Below are positions 1-9,707 of a DNA stretch of 59,703 nt, one piece after another (the first letter of the stretch is position 1; each line of letters opens with the position of its first letter). A program made the position numbers and the translations under genes. The notes below the pieces were generated by a model. It had not been told where the DNA came from and did not search any database. It saw nothing but the letters and a program-made list of their open reading frames with translations. The stretch is taken from the NCBI GenBank assembly GCA_049700215.1, contig JBNAVT010000009.1, forward strand, positions 1 to 59,703. Direction: 5' to 3'. This DNA is from Thermoproteota archaeon (GTDB lineage Archaea > Thermoproteota > EX4484-205 > JAAOZP01).

Positions 1-2
1 CT

Positions 3-10
3 GCGCGCGC
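3..10. repeat. GCGCGCGC palindromic junction motif
   Basis: ctGCGCGCGCcc just upstream of the cas1 remnant. Confidence 0.6.
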
Positions 11-273
11 CCTAAACACATATTTTCAAGCTTCAAGCTCAATACGTAGGATGAAAAGGCTTGTGGTTAACGATTATGGGGTTTTCGTAGGCGTCAAGGG
101 CGACCGTGTCGTCGTTAGGAAGGGCGGGGAGAAGATTGTTGAAATCGCAGCCGGAAACATATCTCAGGTTCTAATAGCCTCTAAAGGAGTATCCCTCTCC
201 TCAGCCTTCCTACGCTTAATGCTTAAACATAGGGTCGACTTCGTAATGCTCTCCGGCTTCGGAAGCCCCTTGG

Positions 274-283
274 GCGCGCGCTA
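274..283. repeat. GCGCGCGCTA motif at the cas1 internal deletion junction
   Basis: Encodes 'ARY' between ...GSPLG and VEFPKR, where the Cas1 middle region is missing. Confidence 0.8.
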
Positions 284-590
284 CGTGGAGTTCCCTAAGA
301 GGATGAAGAGGTTCGACATGCCTAAGGATCCTGTAAACGTTTTTCTGAACTATGGCTACGGGCTTTTAGCTTCAGACGTCTGGATGGCTGTTGAGCACTC
401 CGCCTTGGAGCCCTACGCAGGGTTCCTGCATAAAGATAGCCCTAGGAGACCCGCCTTAATCATGGACCTGATGGAGGAGTTCAGGCAGCCGGTGGTGGAC
501 AGGGTTGTGCTCAGGCTAGTTTCAGGTTTGAAAGAGAAGACTAAGAGTCTCGTTGAAGATGGAAGGCTATCACAGGAAGGCCGGAAGACG

Positions 591-600
591 AGCGCGCGCT
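591..600. repeat. AGCGCGCGCT motif at the cas1 3' truncation
   Basis: Cas1-like sequence ends at EGRKT; the motif plus following As supplies SAR-stop. Confidence 0.8.
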
Positions 601-610
601 AAAAATTTTT

Positions 611-1405
611 ATGAATGAGAAGTTTGGAATGCGGTGGAAGATGCGTCTGCACGTGATGTTGAAAAAATGGGTCGAGGGGGTCTTTTTCGGTGGCAGAAGC
701 ACCAAGAACAGCGAATATTTGACGTTTGTGCTTGGCAACATCATCCTGATGCTTATTCTCTTCTACTTGATACTTAACACCTTAGGCTACGACTGGACAG
801 GGCAACTTTACCCCAGCGGCGCGGGCTTCCGTCTGGATTTTCTAACAGGCGGGCTGGAGGATTCCATTCCTTTCTTGCCGCAATTCGTGGTCTTCTACAC
901 TTATCTCTTCTATCCATTCGCCATTCTGACTATGCTGTTCTTTTGTTTTATAGAATACAGAAGGGGCTACGCCCTGGGGTGGTCCTTGGTGATAATCAAT
1001 GCCGTTGCCCTAGCGGTCTATATCTTCTTTCCAGTTTCGACCTATTGGTGGCGCCAGGAGTTCCTGGCTAACCCTGCCGTTGGCGACTTCTGGGCTAGCC
1101 AAGTCCATAATATCTGGGCCACGGACACATCCTTCAACTGCTTCCCGTCCCTCCACGCTGCCGTCTCCACCATTTGCTTTTATAGCTGGTATCGGTATAG
1201 CAAGGTCAAGCCAAGTCGCAAGACGGCAACCGTTGCTTCACTGGCACTGATTGTGGCGGCTGGGGTCATCCTGTCGACGCTTTTCATAAAGCAACACTAT
1301 GTTGCTGACGAGATAGCCGGAATAGCGCTTGCCTTGATCGTTGGCAGGCTCGTCTTCCACAGATTTTGGAAGGCCCTTGACACCGGAGAAAATGCTACGA
1401 AATAA
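611..1405 (+). CDS. PAP2-family membrane phosphatase/phosphotransferase (AUR1/IPC synthase-like); true start possibly ATG 656
   Basis: Multiple TM helices, FNCFPSLH and KQHY..D motifs. Confidence 0.75.
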   Translation: MNEKFGMRWKMRLHVMLKKWVEGVFFGGRSTKNSEYLTFVLGNIILMLILFYLILNTLGYDWTGQLYPSGAGFRLDFLTGGLEDSIPFLPQFVVFYTYLFYPFAILTMLFFCFIEYRRGYALGWSLVIINAVALAVYIFFPVSTYWWRQEFLANPAVGDFWASQVHNIWATDTSFNCFPSLHAAVSTICFYSWYRYSKVKPSRKTATVASLALIVAAGVILSTLFIKQHYVADEIAGIALALIVGRLVFHRFWKALDTGENATK

Positions 1406-1949
1406 TCATATAGACGCGGATGCATCCGCACATAATTAGGGCGATTATGTTTTTCACCATTTGTTACAAGTGCGAGGAAAGGACTGAAAGGGGAAAGAAC
1501 TATTTACTATTGCTCTTTATCCTGCGCGTGTCATAGATGAGCATACGGTATAGACGAGTTTGAAGTGATGTGGCGGAAAGGCTTGAAGTAACCTGTGATG
1601 ATCTTCACAGCCTTTAAAATATGGCTGTTAATGCGTAGCAACACTATGATAATATCAATAAGTTAGGGTGGAAAGTGAAGGCTTCCCGACAATAAGGTTT
1701 CACTGAACGATGTAATTGTAAAACTCGGTAAAAGAAGAGGGGCTGGGAGATATAGATATAATCGCGTAGTCTATGAGGGAAAGTGGAATAATTGTTGAAC
1801 TGGAGGGAGGACGACAGATTACTGCTGGAGTTAAATCCGGCGATATGCTAGCAATAATTGAGATAGCGCCGCCCTACCATTTCATATAGTAAGGACGGTA
1901 TTCGGCAGAATTAAAAGCCTTGAAAAAAATAAAAAGTAATATTTACATA

Positions 1950-2675
1950 TTACTCTACTTCTTTAACAGCAACCTCAGCCCTAGTCTCAATCCTCTCAAT
2001 TTTGCCGTCACGCAGCCAGAATATTCTATCTGAAACGTCTATCATTTTGAGATCATGGGTGGCGTTTATTATCGTGACTTTTTTCTCTGTGTTTAATGTT
2101 TTTAAAAGATTAATTATTTCTAGTCCTGTGTGGAGGTCAAGGTTTCCCGTGGGCTCGTCCGCTAGGACTATGACTGGGTCGTTTACTAGTGCTCTCGCTA
2201 TTGCTACTCTCTGCTGTTGTCCTCCTGAGAGTTCTCCGGGCTTGTGGTCTAGTCTTTCCCCTAGGCCTACTCTGGTCAGCATTTCTCTCGCTCTCCTCAG
2301 CCTTTCTTCTCTTTCGACGCCTGTGAAAACCATTGGGAGCGTCACGTTTTCCAGGGCTGTTAGCACGGGTATGAGGTTGAAGGTTTGGAATATGTATCCT
2401 ATTTTCTTCGCCCTGAGCCACGCGAGCTCGTAGGCGTCTAGGCTTGCGATGTCAACCTCGTCTATGAATACTTTCCCCCTTGTCGGCCTGTCTAGTCCTC
2501 CAACCATGTTGAAGAATGTTGTCTTGCCGCTTCCCGAGGGCCCCATTATGGAGAGGTATTCTGATCTCCTGATTTTCACGCTGACCCCGTCTAGTGCTCT
2601 GACTGTCACCGGCCCCATGACGTAGTATTTCGCCAGGTCCTCGGTTTCAACCGCGTACTCGTATCTGAGAGTCAT
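1950..2675 (-). CDS. ABC transporter ATP-binding protein (LolD/MacB-like)
   Basis: GPSGSGKT, LSGGQQQRVAIARAL, DEPTGNLD. Confidence 0.95.
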   Translation of the reverse strand: MTLRYEYAVETEDLAKYYVMGPVTVRALDGVSVKIRRSEYLSIMGPSGSGKTTFFNMVGGLDRPTRGKVFIDEVDIASLDAYELAWLRAKKIGYIFQTFNLIPVLTALENVTLPMVFTGVEREERLRRAREMLTRVGLGERLDHKPGELSGGQQQRVAIARALVNDPVIVLADEPTGNLDLHTGLEIINLLKTLNTEKKVTIINATHDLKMIDVSDRIFWLRDGKIERIETRAEVAVKEVE

Positions 2676-2690
2676 TTCCTCATCCTCCTC

Positions 2691-3422
2691 CTACACCTCG
2701 TATCTTAAGGCTTCCGTCGGGCTTAGCTTGGCAGCTATGTATGCGGGCGCCAGTGCTGCTAGCAGTGCTATGATTACGCTTAAAGCCATGTCTATCAGCG
2801 GGTTCGCCAGCAGGAGCAGCGGGTTGCTGGCGTTGAACTCTGCCCAGAGGCTTGCCGAAACCATGAATATGTTCACGGGCGAGGCTTGCGTGAAGGCCTG
2901 CCATACTGTCGCTATCGCCCATCCTGCTACGGCTCCGATGCCGCCGCCGATGAGGCCTAGCAGCAGAGCCTCTATCAGGAATATTTCGAGCACGTGCGTG
3001 TTCATTGCGCCCAGGCACTTCATGGTTCCTATCTCCTTGTATCTCTCCGTGACGCTCATCAGCATGCTGTTCACTATTCCCACTGAGCATATTAGTAGCG
3101 CTATGACAGCCATCCACAGCTGGTAGAACTGTACTGCCACCCCGGAGCCCTCTCCGTATAGGATGGAGACTATTCTGCCTGTTGTCAGGAGGAAGGTTAG
3201 GAAGGATATTCCTAGGACTATTGAAGCCATTGTTACGAGTGCTCTTCCGAACCTGCGTTTAATGCTTTCAAGGCTGAATGAGAAGGCTTCTGAAAGGGGG
3301 AATTTCACTTCTTCTTCTCCGCTCAACCCGTACCACCAACTGGTTTCCAGTCGTAAATAAAGCTTATTAACCTTTACCCCAGCCGTCTTCCCGGTAATGA
3401 GTGTAAACGACTTCGTAAGCAT
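2691..3422 (-). CDS. FtsX-like ABC permease (true start probably GTG near 3308)
   Basis: GIVNSMLMSVTERYKEIGTMKCLGA and LSPTEALRYE motifs. Confidence 0.9.
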   Translation of the reverse strand: MLTKSFTLITGKTAGVKVNKLYLRLETSWWYGLSGEEEVKFPLSEAFSFSLESIKRRFGRALVTMASIVLGISFLTFLLTTGRIVSILYGEGSGVAVQFYQLWMAVIALLICSVGIVNSMLMSVTERYKEIGTMKCLGAMNTHVLEIFLIEALLLGLIGGGIGAVAGWAIATVWQAFTQASPVNIFMVSASLWAEFNASNPLLLLANPLIDMALSVIIALLAALAPAYIAAKLSPTEALRYEV

Positions 3423-3519
3423 GCTGGAGACGGTTTCACTAGTTTTCGGAGTGGGTGCTTTAATAGTCTTAATATACTTTATTGCCAGTAGAACTGTTAA
3501 GCGTCAGGCTCAGAGGTAG
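3397..3519 (+). CDS. Small single-TM protein (40 aa), not in ORF track
   Basis: MSVNDFVSMLETVSLVFGVGALIVLIYFIASRTVKRQAQR; AT-rich TATA-like box at about 3359-3370. Confidence 0.45.
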   Translation: MSVNDFVSMLETVSLVFGVGALIVLIYFIASRTVKRQAQR

Positions 3520-3583
3520 AGGTATGTGTAAATACTCCCCAGAGGGTTCTCAAAGAGGGATGTGAAAAAGGGAGGGGACGGGC

Positions 3584-5086
3584 ATGTCTAGAGAGGAGTT
3601 TATCCGCAGGTACGTTGACACGATTCTTGAGAAGAGGAGAGACGTTACTAGGGAGGAACTTCTACGCATGATTGAGGAGAGGAAGAGGGAAGCCAGGGTT
3701 AGCGAGGCCTACAGGGAGGTTTGGGCTGTTTTCAGCGTGGCGAACGAGCTGGGCGTCAGGCTGGAGGAGGTCTCGCTCGAGAAGGAGGTTAAGATAGGGA
3801 ACATCGTTTCGGGTTTAACGAATCTTTCTACGCGTGGAAGGGTTATCGCTGTCCTTGAGCCTAAGGAGGTTGAGTCTAATGGTGAGAGGATTCCGATAAC
3901 CAGGGTGATTCTGGGAGACTCCTCAGGATGGTGCTACCTGTACTTGTGGAGGGAGAAGGCTGGCTTGCTGAGGGAGTTGAACATAAGGCCTGGGGACGTT
4001 ATCAGGGTTAGCAGGGCCTACAGTAAGGAGGGCAGGCTAGGCACTGTCGAGATCCACCTGGGCAGTGTCGGGAGTGTTTCGAAGGCTGAGGATAGTCTAG
4101 ACATGCCTGCGAGAGAACTCTTCTTCAAGAGGCTTGGAGACGTGGGTTACGCGGACAATATTGTTAACGTGAAGGCTACTGTAGCCGGTGTCTCAGAGCT
4201 TAAAACCTTCATCGGCCCCAGGGGGGATGAGGGTGCTGTAAGAAGAATCGTCTTAGCCGAGGGGGATGTCAGGGTGCCGTTAACCCTTTGGCAGGAGCAT
4301 TCCGGGAAGATTTCTGAGAAGGATGTTTTCAGCACTGTCCTGGTTGCGGGTGCGAGGGTTAGAAGGGGTTTAAGCGGTGGCCTGGAGCTTGAGCTGGATG
4401 CGCTCGGCTGCTTGGAAGTTGTCGGCGGGGCCGGCGGCTTAGAGTATTCAACCATCTCCAAGATAGGCTCAGGCAAGCCTGTAAACCTTAAGCTTCAAAT
4501 GCTTAAAATGTTCAGCGATAGTGTTGTCTCGGTCGGCGGCAGGCTGAGGAAGTTCATGGACGTTATTGTTTCAGACGGGGAATCGTACGCTGTTTTAACG
4601 GCTTGGAACAATCTTGCAGACAGGCTTAGGCGGGTTGGGGAGGGGAGGAAGGTGTTTTTCCTAAACCTTGTTCCAAAGCGCTGGGGGAGACAGGTTTTGC
4701 TGAGCACGGCTTCAGTGACCACGATAGTCGGGGTTGAGGAGGGTGATCCCGGCTTAAGGGTTCCCGAGGAGGTTTACAGGGTGAGTGAGCTTGAACCGGG
4801 CTTGAGGAGGGTTCACGTGGAGGGCGTTGTCTCCAGTAAGCCTGAGGAGCAGGAGATTGTTTCAGCCTCAGGCGAAAGAATAAAAACATGCCGTTTCAGT
4901 CTTGTTGACGATACTGGGTTGGTCGAGGTGGTTGCGTGGCGTGAAAACACTGCTAAAATATCGTGGTTGACGCCTGGGAGAAGCGTCAGGATAAGGTGGT
5001 GTAACGTTAGGGAAAGGGGTGTTGGAGGGATGCGGGTTGAGGTTACTGGCGACAGTGACGTGGAGGAGATAGGGGTTGAGCAGTAG
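3584..5086 (+). CDS. rpa: Replication protein A-like multi-OB-fold ssDNA-binding protein
   Basis: Repeated OB-fold motifs (GDSSG..LYLW, LVDDTG.VEVVAW). Confidence 0.8.
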   Translation: MSREEFIRRYVDTILEKRRDVTREELLRMIEERKREARVSEAYREVWAVFSVANELGVRLEEVSLEKEVKIGNIVSGLTNLSTRGRVIAVLEPKEVESNGERIPITRVILGDSSGWCYLYLWREKAGLLRELNIRPGDVIRVSRAYSKEGRLGTVEIHLGSVGSVSKAEDSLDMPARELFFKRLGDVGYADNIVNVKATVAGVSELKTFIGPRGDEGAVRRIVLAEGDVRVPLTLWQEHSGKISEKDVFSTVLVAGARVRRGLSGGLELELDALGCLEVVGGAGGLEYSTISKIGSGKPVNLKLQMLKMFSDSVVSVGGRLRKFMDVIVSDGESYAVLTAWNNLADRLRRVGEGRKVFFLNLVPKRWGRQVLLSTASVTTIVGVEEGDPGLRVPEEVYRVSELEPGLRRVHVEGVVSSKPEEQEIVSASGERIKTCRFSLVDDTGLVEVVAWRENTAKISWLTPGRSVRIRWCNVRERGVGGMRVEVTGDSDVEEIGVEQ

Positions 5087-5351
5087 CCCTGTAGTAGTCG
5101 TCGGGAAGAAGAATCCGTGGAACTATGTTACTGCCTGCATCACGGTTTTCAACAGCGGCAGCGGAACGCTAACCATACGTGGGAGGGGGAGCAACATATC
5201 TAGGGCTGTGGATGTAGCGAACCTTCTTCGTAGAAACATGGCTGGAACGCAGATACTTGAGATTAGAATAGTGGAGGACGTTAATGACGCTGACAACTTG
5301 AGGATAATCCCTGTTATCGAGATAGTCTTCAAAAACCCTCATTCGCCGTGA
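5076..5351 (+). CDS. albA: Chromatin protein Alba
   Basis: VVGKKNPWNYV...RGRGSNISRAVDV. Confidence 0.9.
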   Translation: MSSSPVVVVGKKNPWNYVTACITVFNSGSGTLTIRGRGSNISRAVDVANLLRRNMAGTQILEIRIVEDVNDADNLRIIPVIEIVFKNPHSP

Positions 5352-5352
5352 G

Positions 5353-7122
5353 CTAGAGGACGTGGAGTATGAAGCCGGTTGACGAGATGAGCAGGGCCAA
5401 CAGTATCATAATGGTTTTCTCAGAGTACTCCACTATTTTCTCCAGCTCCCTGAAGATGTCGCCCGTTACCCTAACCAGTTTCGTGTCATCCGTGTAAACC
5501 TCAAGCCTACACACTGAGAGTTTCTCCACCGCGCCGGCTAAGGCTTCTCCACATGCTTCAAGCAGCTGCTCAATGCTCATCTTAAACCCGACTGGGAAAT
5601 ACCCCTTTTCAGCCTTTTTCAAACCGGTTAAAACATGCGTGTCCGTGGTGACTATCTCCAGGGTTGAAACACTGAACCGTTTCCTAAGGCTTTCAGCCAG
5701 CCGGTTTCTCACGCCCATGGCCATGTTGTTGCCGTCGATCGTGATTATAACATGGTTTTCACCGTCTATGTTGAAAACTAGGCTCGAAACCCCGCCGGGG
5801 CCTATTTCGTCGCCCGGAAGACTCTTCGGCCTAACCCTGTGGAAGCCGGTTTTCAGAGTTCTCCCGGGAGCCTTCTCCAGGTCTTCAGCCGCTTCCTCAA
5901 GAAGGCTTGTGAAATTTTTCTCGTCTGGGCTGCTGACCACCCAGCTGGACGCGTCTATAGAGTTGTGTGCGTCGCACACTAGCAGAGGGGTTAAACCGTG
6001 TTTCTTTAAAACTTCTGAGAGCCTCGGCAGCCATTCCGGTGGAAGGTCCTCAGCCGAGTAGCCTGGGCAAGACAGGAAGGCTATGCAGTATGGGCCTAAG
6101 CGGGCGGCGGTGACGCAGTATCCTTCAGCCTCCTTCTGGGAGACGCCCACCGGGAAGTCTTCAAGACTCTTGGCTGAGTTCAACCCTGCTGTTATCATGC
6201 TGCCTATCTTATCAACCTCCTTTTTCGAGGGGAGGTTTAGACTATGGTCTGAGAGGGAGCGTAGCAACAGTATTCGACGGCCACTCTTGCCTTCAAGCTT
6301 CTCAACCAGACGGCTGGGCAGAGGGCTGCTGCCCAGGGTTCCGAAGGGCCCGAAATGAATGTTCAAGCCTACTAGGGACAAGGGCGGCATCCCTATGGTT
6401 TTGAACGTGGCTATGGAAAGCCTCAGATTGTTCTCCCGGCTTGCTTCTTCGAAAAGCCTTTCAAGCGGCTCTTCATTATTGTTGAAATGGTAATCCAAGT
6501 ATGCTTGGAAAACCGTTAAAGGCGAGATTTCACCCCTGACTTTCCTAAGGCTTAGGGCTGCGAGAAGTAATGCACCCGTTGAGAACGACAGTAGTATTAC
6601 TGTCAAAACCTCCACCAGGCTTTCAGAAAGAATGATGCTCGCGACAATCCAGCGGAACGATTGGAGAACCGTGTTCAACAGGGAGACTGCGAGAATACGT
6701 GGAGCCCTTCTCCTGTAGAAGCCCGTTACGACTAGGAAAGATATGAAGGAGGAGACTGCTACTCCGAACAGCGTGAGAATCGGGATTATGCTGCCCGGCT
6801 CAACGGCGAGCAGGATGCTGGCCAGGGCTCCGGCAACCACTAGGAACGCGTATACGGCTTCCTGGACTAGTTGAAGCGCGAAGAACCGTCTCAGGGTGAA
6901 AACCCTGTCCCCATGGAAAAAAGCACGGTGCATCAATGCTGAAAACAGGGTTGGCGTGAAAAAAACAATCAGCGTCTGCGGGAGCATTCTGATGGAGGAG
7001 AATAATGCCAGCATTACTAGTGAGACTAGTGATTCCAGCAGGAGGTTTGCGAGAAGAATCATTCTTAAAGACGGGAATGAAAAGAGGAGCCTGAGGTGGC
7101 GGGAAGCGTCTGTGGAAGACAA
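5353..7122 (-). CDS. DUF2070 family membrane protein
   Basis: N-terminal TM bundle; HFGPFG..GSS, DAHNS, DGNNM, TTDTH motifs. Confidence 0.8.
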   Translation of the reverse strand: MSSTDASRHLRLLFSFPSLRMILLANLLLESLVSLVMLALFSSIRMLPQTLIVFFTPTLFSALMHRAFFHGDRVFTLRRFFALQLVQEAVYAFLVVAGALASILLAVEPGSIIPILTLFGVAVSSFISFLVVTGFYRRRAPRILAVSLLNTVLQSFRWIVASIILSESLVEVLTVILLSFSTGALLLAALSLRKVRGEISPLTVFQAYLDYHFNNNEEPLERLFEEASRENNLRLSIATFKTIGMPPLSLVGLNIHFGPFGTLGSSPLPSRLVEKLEGKSGRRILLLRSLSDHSLNLPSKKEVDKIGSMITAGLNSAKSLEDFPVGVSQKEAEGYCVTAARLGPYCIAFLSCPGYSAEDLPPEWLPRLSEVLKKHGLTPLLVCDAHNSIDASSWVVSSPDEKNFTSLLEEAAEDLEKAPGRTLKTGFHRVRPKSLPGDEIGPGGVSSLVFNIDGENHVIITIDGNNMAMGVRNRLAESLRKRFSVSTLEIVTTDTHVLTGLKKAEKGYFPVGFKMSIEQLLEACGEALAGAVEKLSVCRLEVYTDDTKLVRVTGDIFRELEKIVEYSEKTIMILLALLISSTGFILHVL

Positions 7123-7125
7123 TCC

Positions 7126-7305
7126 CTATATCTTCAGCAACAGTATTAGGATGCTTCCAACTATTAGAGCCGCGGAAAGAATAACGATGATCACTGGTTT
7201 AACCGGAAGCCCCTTGCCTTTTTCACCGAGCGTGCTTAGGAGGCCGGCTGTTCCGGCTGGAAGACGTGAACCCCGCCTGTCCCTCTTTGAACGCTCCTTG
7301 GACAT
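7126..7305 (-). CDS. secG: Preprotein translocase Sec61-beta subunit (59 aa), not in ORF track
   Basis: MSKERSKRDRRGSRLPAGTAGLLSTLGEKARGFRLKPVIIVILSAALIV...; AGLL motif plus C-terminal TM helix. Confidence 0.75.
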   Translation of the reverse strand: MSKERSKRDRRGSRLPAGTAGLLSTLGEKGKGLPVKPVIIVILSAALIVGSILILLLKI

Positions 7306-7423
7306 TGCAGACCTGTTAAAAACCTTCTGGTTAAGTAAATAAACTTTATCCGTAGCCCTGTCTCAACAGGCCTAGATTGTGAGGCAAGGTTTAACTTAGC
7401 CGCCGCTATTATTCTTCGACTGG

Positions 7424-8908
7424 TTGAGCCAAGACAAGGAGGCTGTTAGGAGGAAAATCTTAGCGGAGGCTGTGCGCCGCGGGATACTGTTGAACCCTGA
7501 GGCGCTTTCAATACTCGTTGAAAACTATGATGAAAACTCTATTCAAAGCCTGCTCGACAAGCTGGCGGGTAAGGCTGGGAAAAACGGGGGAAGCCTCGTA
7601 GTCTCTAGGGAGATGGTTGCGCAGCTCGTAGGGAGCCAGACTAGGTCTGAAGCATCGACGGGTGTTCATCCACAGGTTTTAGCTAAGGATGTTGAGGCGA
7701 AGATTGAGGTTTTAAAGACGTATGATGCCAAGCCTTTCTCAGACGACCTTGAAGCCAGAAGACAATACTTCGTCGACAGGTATCGCAAAATATCCTCAAT
7801 ACTGAGAAGCCGGGCCGACGTGTCGCCGTACTACCCCCTGAGGAAGGCGCGTAGTCTTCCAGACGGTTCAGAGGGGAAGACGATAGTAATGCTTTACGAG
7901 AAGCGTGAAAACTATCTGCTGGTGGAGGATCCTGAGACCACTGTGAAAATAATGATTCCGAAGGACTGCAGCAGGGATTTGAGGGAGAAGGTCGACAGAC
8001 TTGTCCCGGATTCAGTGATAGGGGTAGCCTTCCGTGTCTCAGGCTCAAAGCTTTTCTGCAGGTCCATTATTTTCCCAGACGTTCCCATTAAAAAGATCAG
8101 GACGGCCGACGAGGATGTTTCAGTGTTAATGACGTCGGATATTCATTTTGGGAGCCAGAAGTTCTCTGAAAAGGCTTTCAGGAGAATGGTTAGGTGGCTG
8201 AGGGTGGGAGGGGTTACTGAGAAGGAGCGTAACCAGGCTTTCAAGATCAAGTATATCGTTATAGCTGGAGACCTTGTAGACGGAGTCGGTGTTTATCCTC
8301 AGCAGGAAAAGGAGCTTCAGGTTAGGGATGTGGCGAGGCAGTATGAAATGCTTTCAGACGTTTTAAGCCAAATACCTGACTACATAAAGATGATAGTGAT
8401 ACCTGGGAACCATGATGCGGCGCCAAGGGCGCTCCCGCAGCCGCCTGTGTTCGTGGAATACATGGAAAGGGCTGGGTTCGGCGGAAGCCTTCTGTCGTTA
8501 AGCAACCCGTGCATGGTTTCGCTGCACGGCATTCGATTCATGGTTTACCATGGTACGAGCATGGAGGATATTGCTACTTTCTCTAAAAACGCTAGCTACG
8601 ATAAGCCTGACAGCTCTATGGAGTTAATGCTTCAGCTTAGGCATCTCGCGCCGGTTTACGGTTTTAGAACCCCTCTGCTGACACAGGGTCCTGACGAGTT
8701 GGTTATAGAGGATGTTCCGGATGTTTTCCACACGGGTCACGTGCACGTTTTCAGAAGCAGGGTCTACAAGGGGATTAGGCTTGTCTGCAGCGGGACATGG
8801 CAGGAGAGGACGAAATACCAGGAGCAGATGGGGATAATGCCCACTCCTAATATTGCGGGAATACTGGAGCTTAAAAGCGGAAGCTTCTCTGAAATAAGCT
8901 TCGCTTAA
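7424..8908 (+). CDS. DNA polymerase D small (proofreading) subunit DP1
   Basis: SDIHFGS, AGDLVDGVGVYP, PGNHD, HLAP, HTGHVH, GTWQ motifs. Confidence 0.92.
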   Translation: MSQDKEAVRRKILAEAVRRGILLNPEALSILVENYDENSIQSLLDKLAGKAGKNGGSLVVSREMVAQLVGSQTRSEASTGVHPQVLAKDVEAKIEVLKTYDAKPFSDDLEARRQYFVDRYRKISSILRSRADVSPYYPLRKARSLPDGSEGKTIVMLYEKRENYLLVEDPETTVKIMIPKDCSRDLREKVDRLVPDSVIGVAFRVSGSKLFCRSIIFPDVPIKKIRTADEDVSVLMTSDIHFGSQKFSEKAFRRMVRWLRVGGVTEKERNQAFKIKYIVIAGDLVDGVGVYPQQEKELQVRDVARQYEMLSDVLSQIPDYIKMIVIPGNHDAAPRALPQPPVFVEYMERAGFGGSLLSLSNPCMVSLHGIRFMVYHGTSMEDIATFSKNASYDKPDSSMELMLQLRHLAPVYGFRTPLLTQGPDELVIEDVPDVFHTGHVHVFRSRVYKGIRLVCSGTWQERTKYQEQMGIMPTPNIAGILELKSGSFSEISFA

Positions 8909-8975
8909 CGTATGCTGCTTACGCGGCGTCGGGACTTCCGCAACCTCGTGTGACAGGCTGGGCGAATAGGGCTTG

Positions 8976-9707
8976 CTATTCTACGCCGAGAAGCTTAAGA
9001 CAGGCGGCTGCTGCAACCAGTATTATTGAGGCTGCGAATAGAAGGTAGTCGCCGCCCTTTAACCTCAGCGGCTTAAACGTGGTTCTCTTTGGAGAAGCAC
9101 CGAATGCTCTAACCTCCATCGCGTCCGCTATTTCATACGTTCTTCTTATCGTGCCAACCAGGAGGGGTATTAAAATAGGCATAAGGTTCCTAATCCTGTT
9201 TCTAAAGCCTCCCTTCTCTAGTTCAAGCCCTCTTGAACGCTGAGTATCGTATATGGATTGAAACTCGTCGTAAATCACGGGTATGAACCGAATCGCCATT
9301 GTGAATGAGAACGTCAGCTCCACTGGGAAGCCTGCGACACTCATTGCCCGCCCAATGTCCTCAGGGGTTGAGGAGAGGAAGAACCATGACATTGATGAGG
9401 AGAGCGCGAGCAGCCTTAGCGAGAGCACGACGCCCGTGAAAAAGCTTCCTCCGAACAATAGTTGTGTGGCGAAGATCACCGCGAAGAAGAATACGAGGCC
9501 CCTTAGTGATGAGAACCATTCTCTGAGAGACTCCGCTAGGAAAAGCAGGATTAGCTGTCCGAAGACTAGTGCCAGGAGAACACGGATATCCGTGAACACT
9601 ACTGAGATCGCCATGAGCACTATCGAGAGCATAAACTTGGATCTGGGGTCAAGCCTGTGCACTACAGTATCCTTCCTCCTGTACTTGAAGGCTCTCAGGA
9701 ACGACAT
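8976..9707 (-). CDS. ecfT: ECF transporter transmembrane component T
   Basis: HRLDPRSK, QRSRG, AMEVRAF motifs. Confidence 0.9.
   Translation of the reverse strand: MSFLRAFKYRRKDTVVHRLDPRSKFMLSIVLMAISVVFTDIRVLLALVFGQLILLFLAESLREWFSSLRGLVFFFAVIFATQLLFGGSFFTGVVLSLRLLALSSSMSWFFLSSTPEDIGRAMSVAGFPVELTFSFTMAIRFIPVIYDEFQSIYDTQRSRGLELEKGGFRNRIRNLMPILIPLLVGTIRRTYEIADAMEVRAFGASPKRTTFKPLRLKGGDYLLFAASIILVAAAACLKLLGVE

Larger units (their letters stand above)
51..602 (+). pseudogene. cas1: CRISPR-associated Cas1 remnant (internal in-frame deletion, C-terminal truncation)
   Basis: Cas1 N-terminal beta domain (LVVNDYGVFVGVKGDRVVV...SLSSAFL) joined directly to DPVNVFLNYGY...GFLH...DLMEEFRQPVVDR; only 183 aa versus about 330 aa for typical Cas1. 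Confidence 0.85.

Noticed and set aside
1460-1690. Possible CRISPR array near cas1 (several GGAAAG...GAA(A)G stretches)
   Set aside because: No repeated 24-37 bp unit and no regular spacing; only loose purine-rich similarity.
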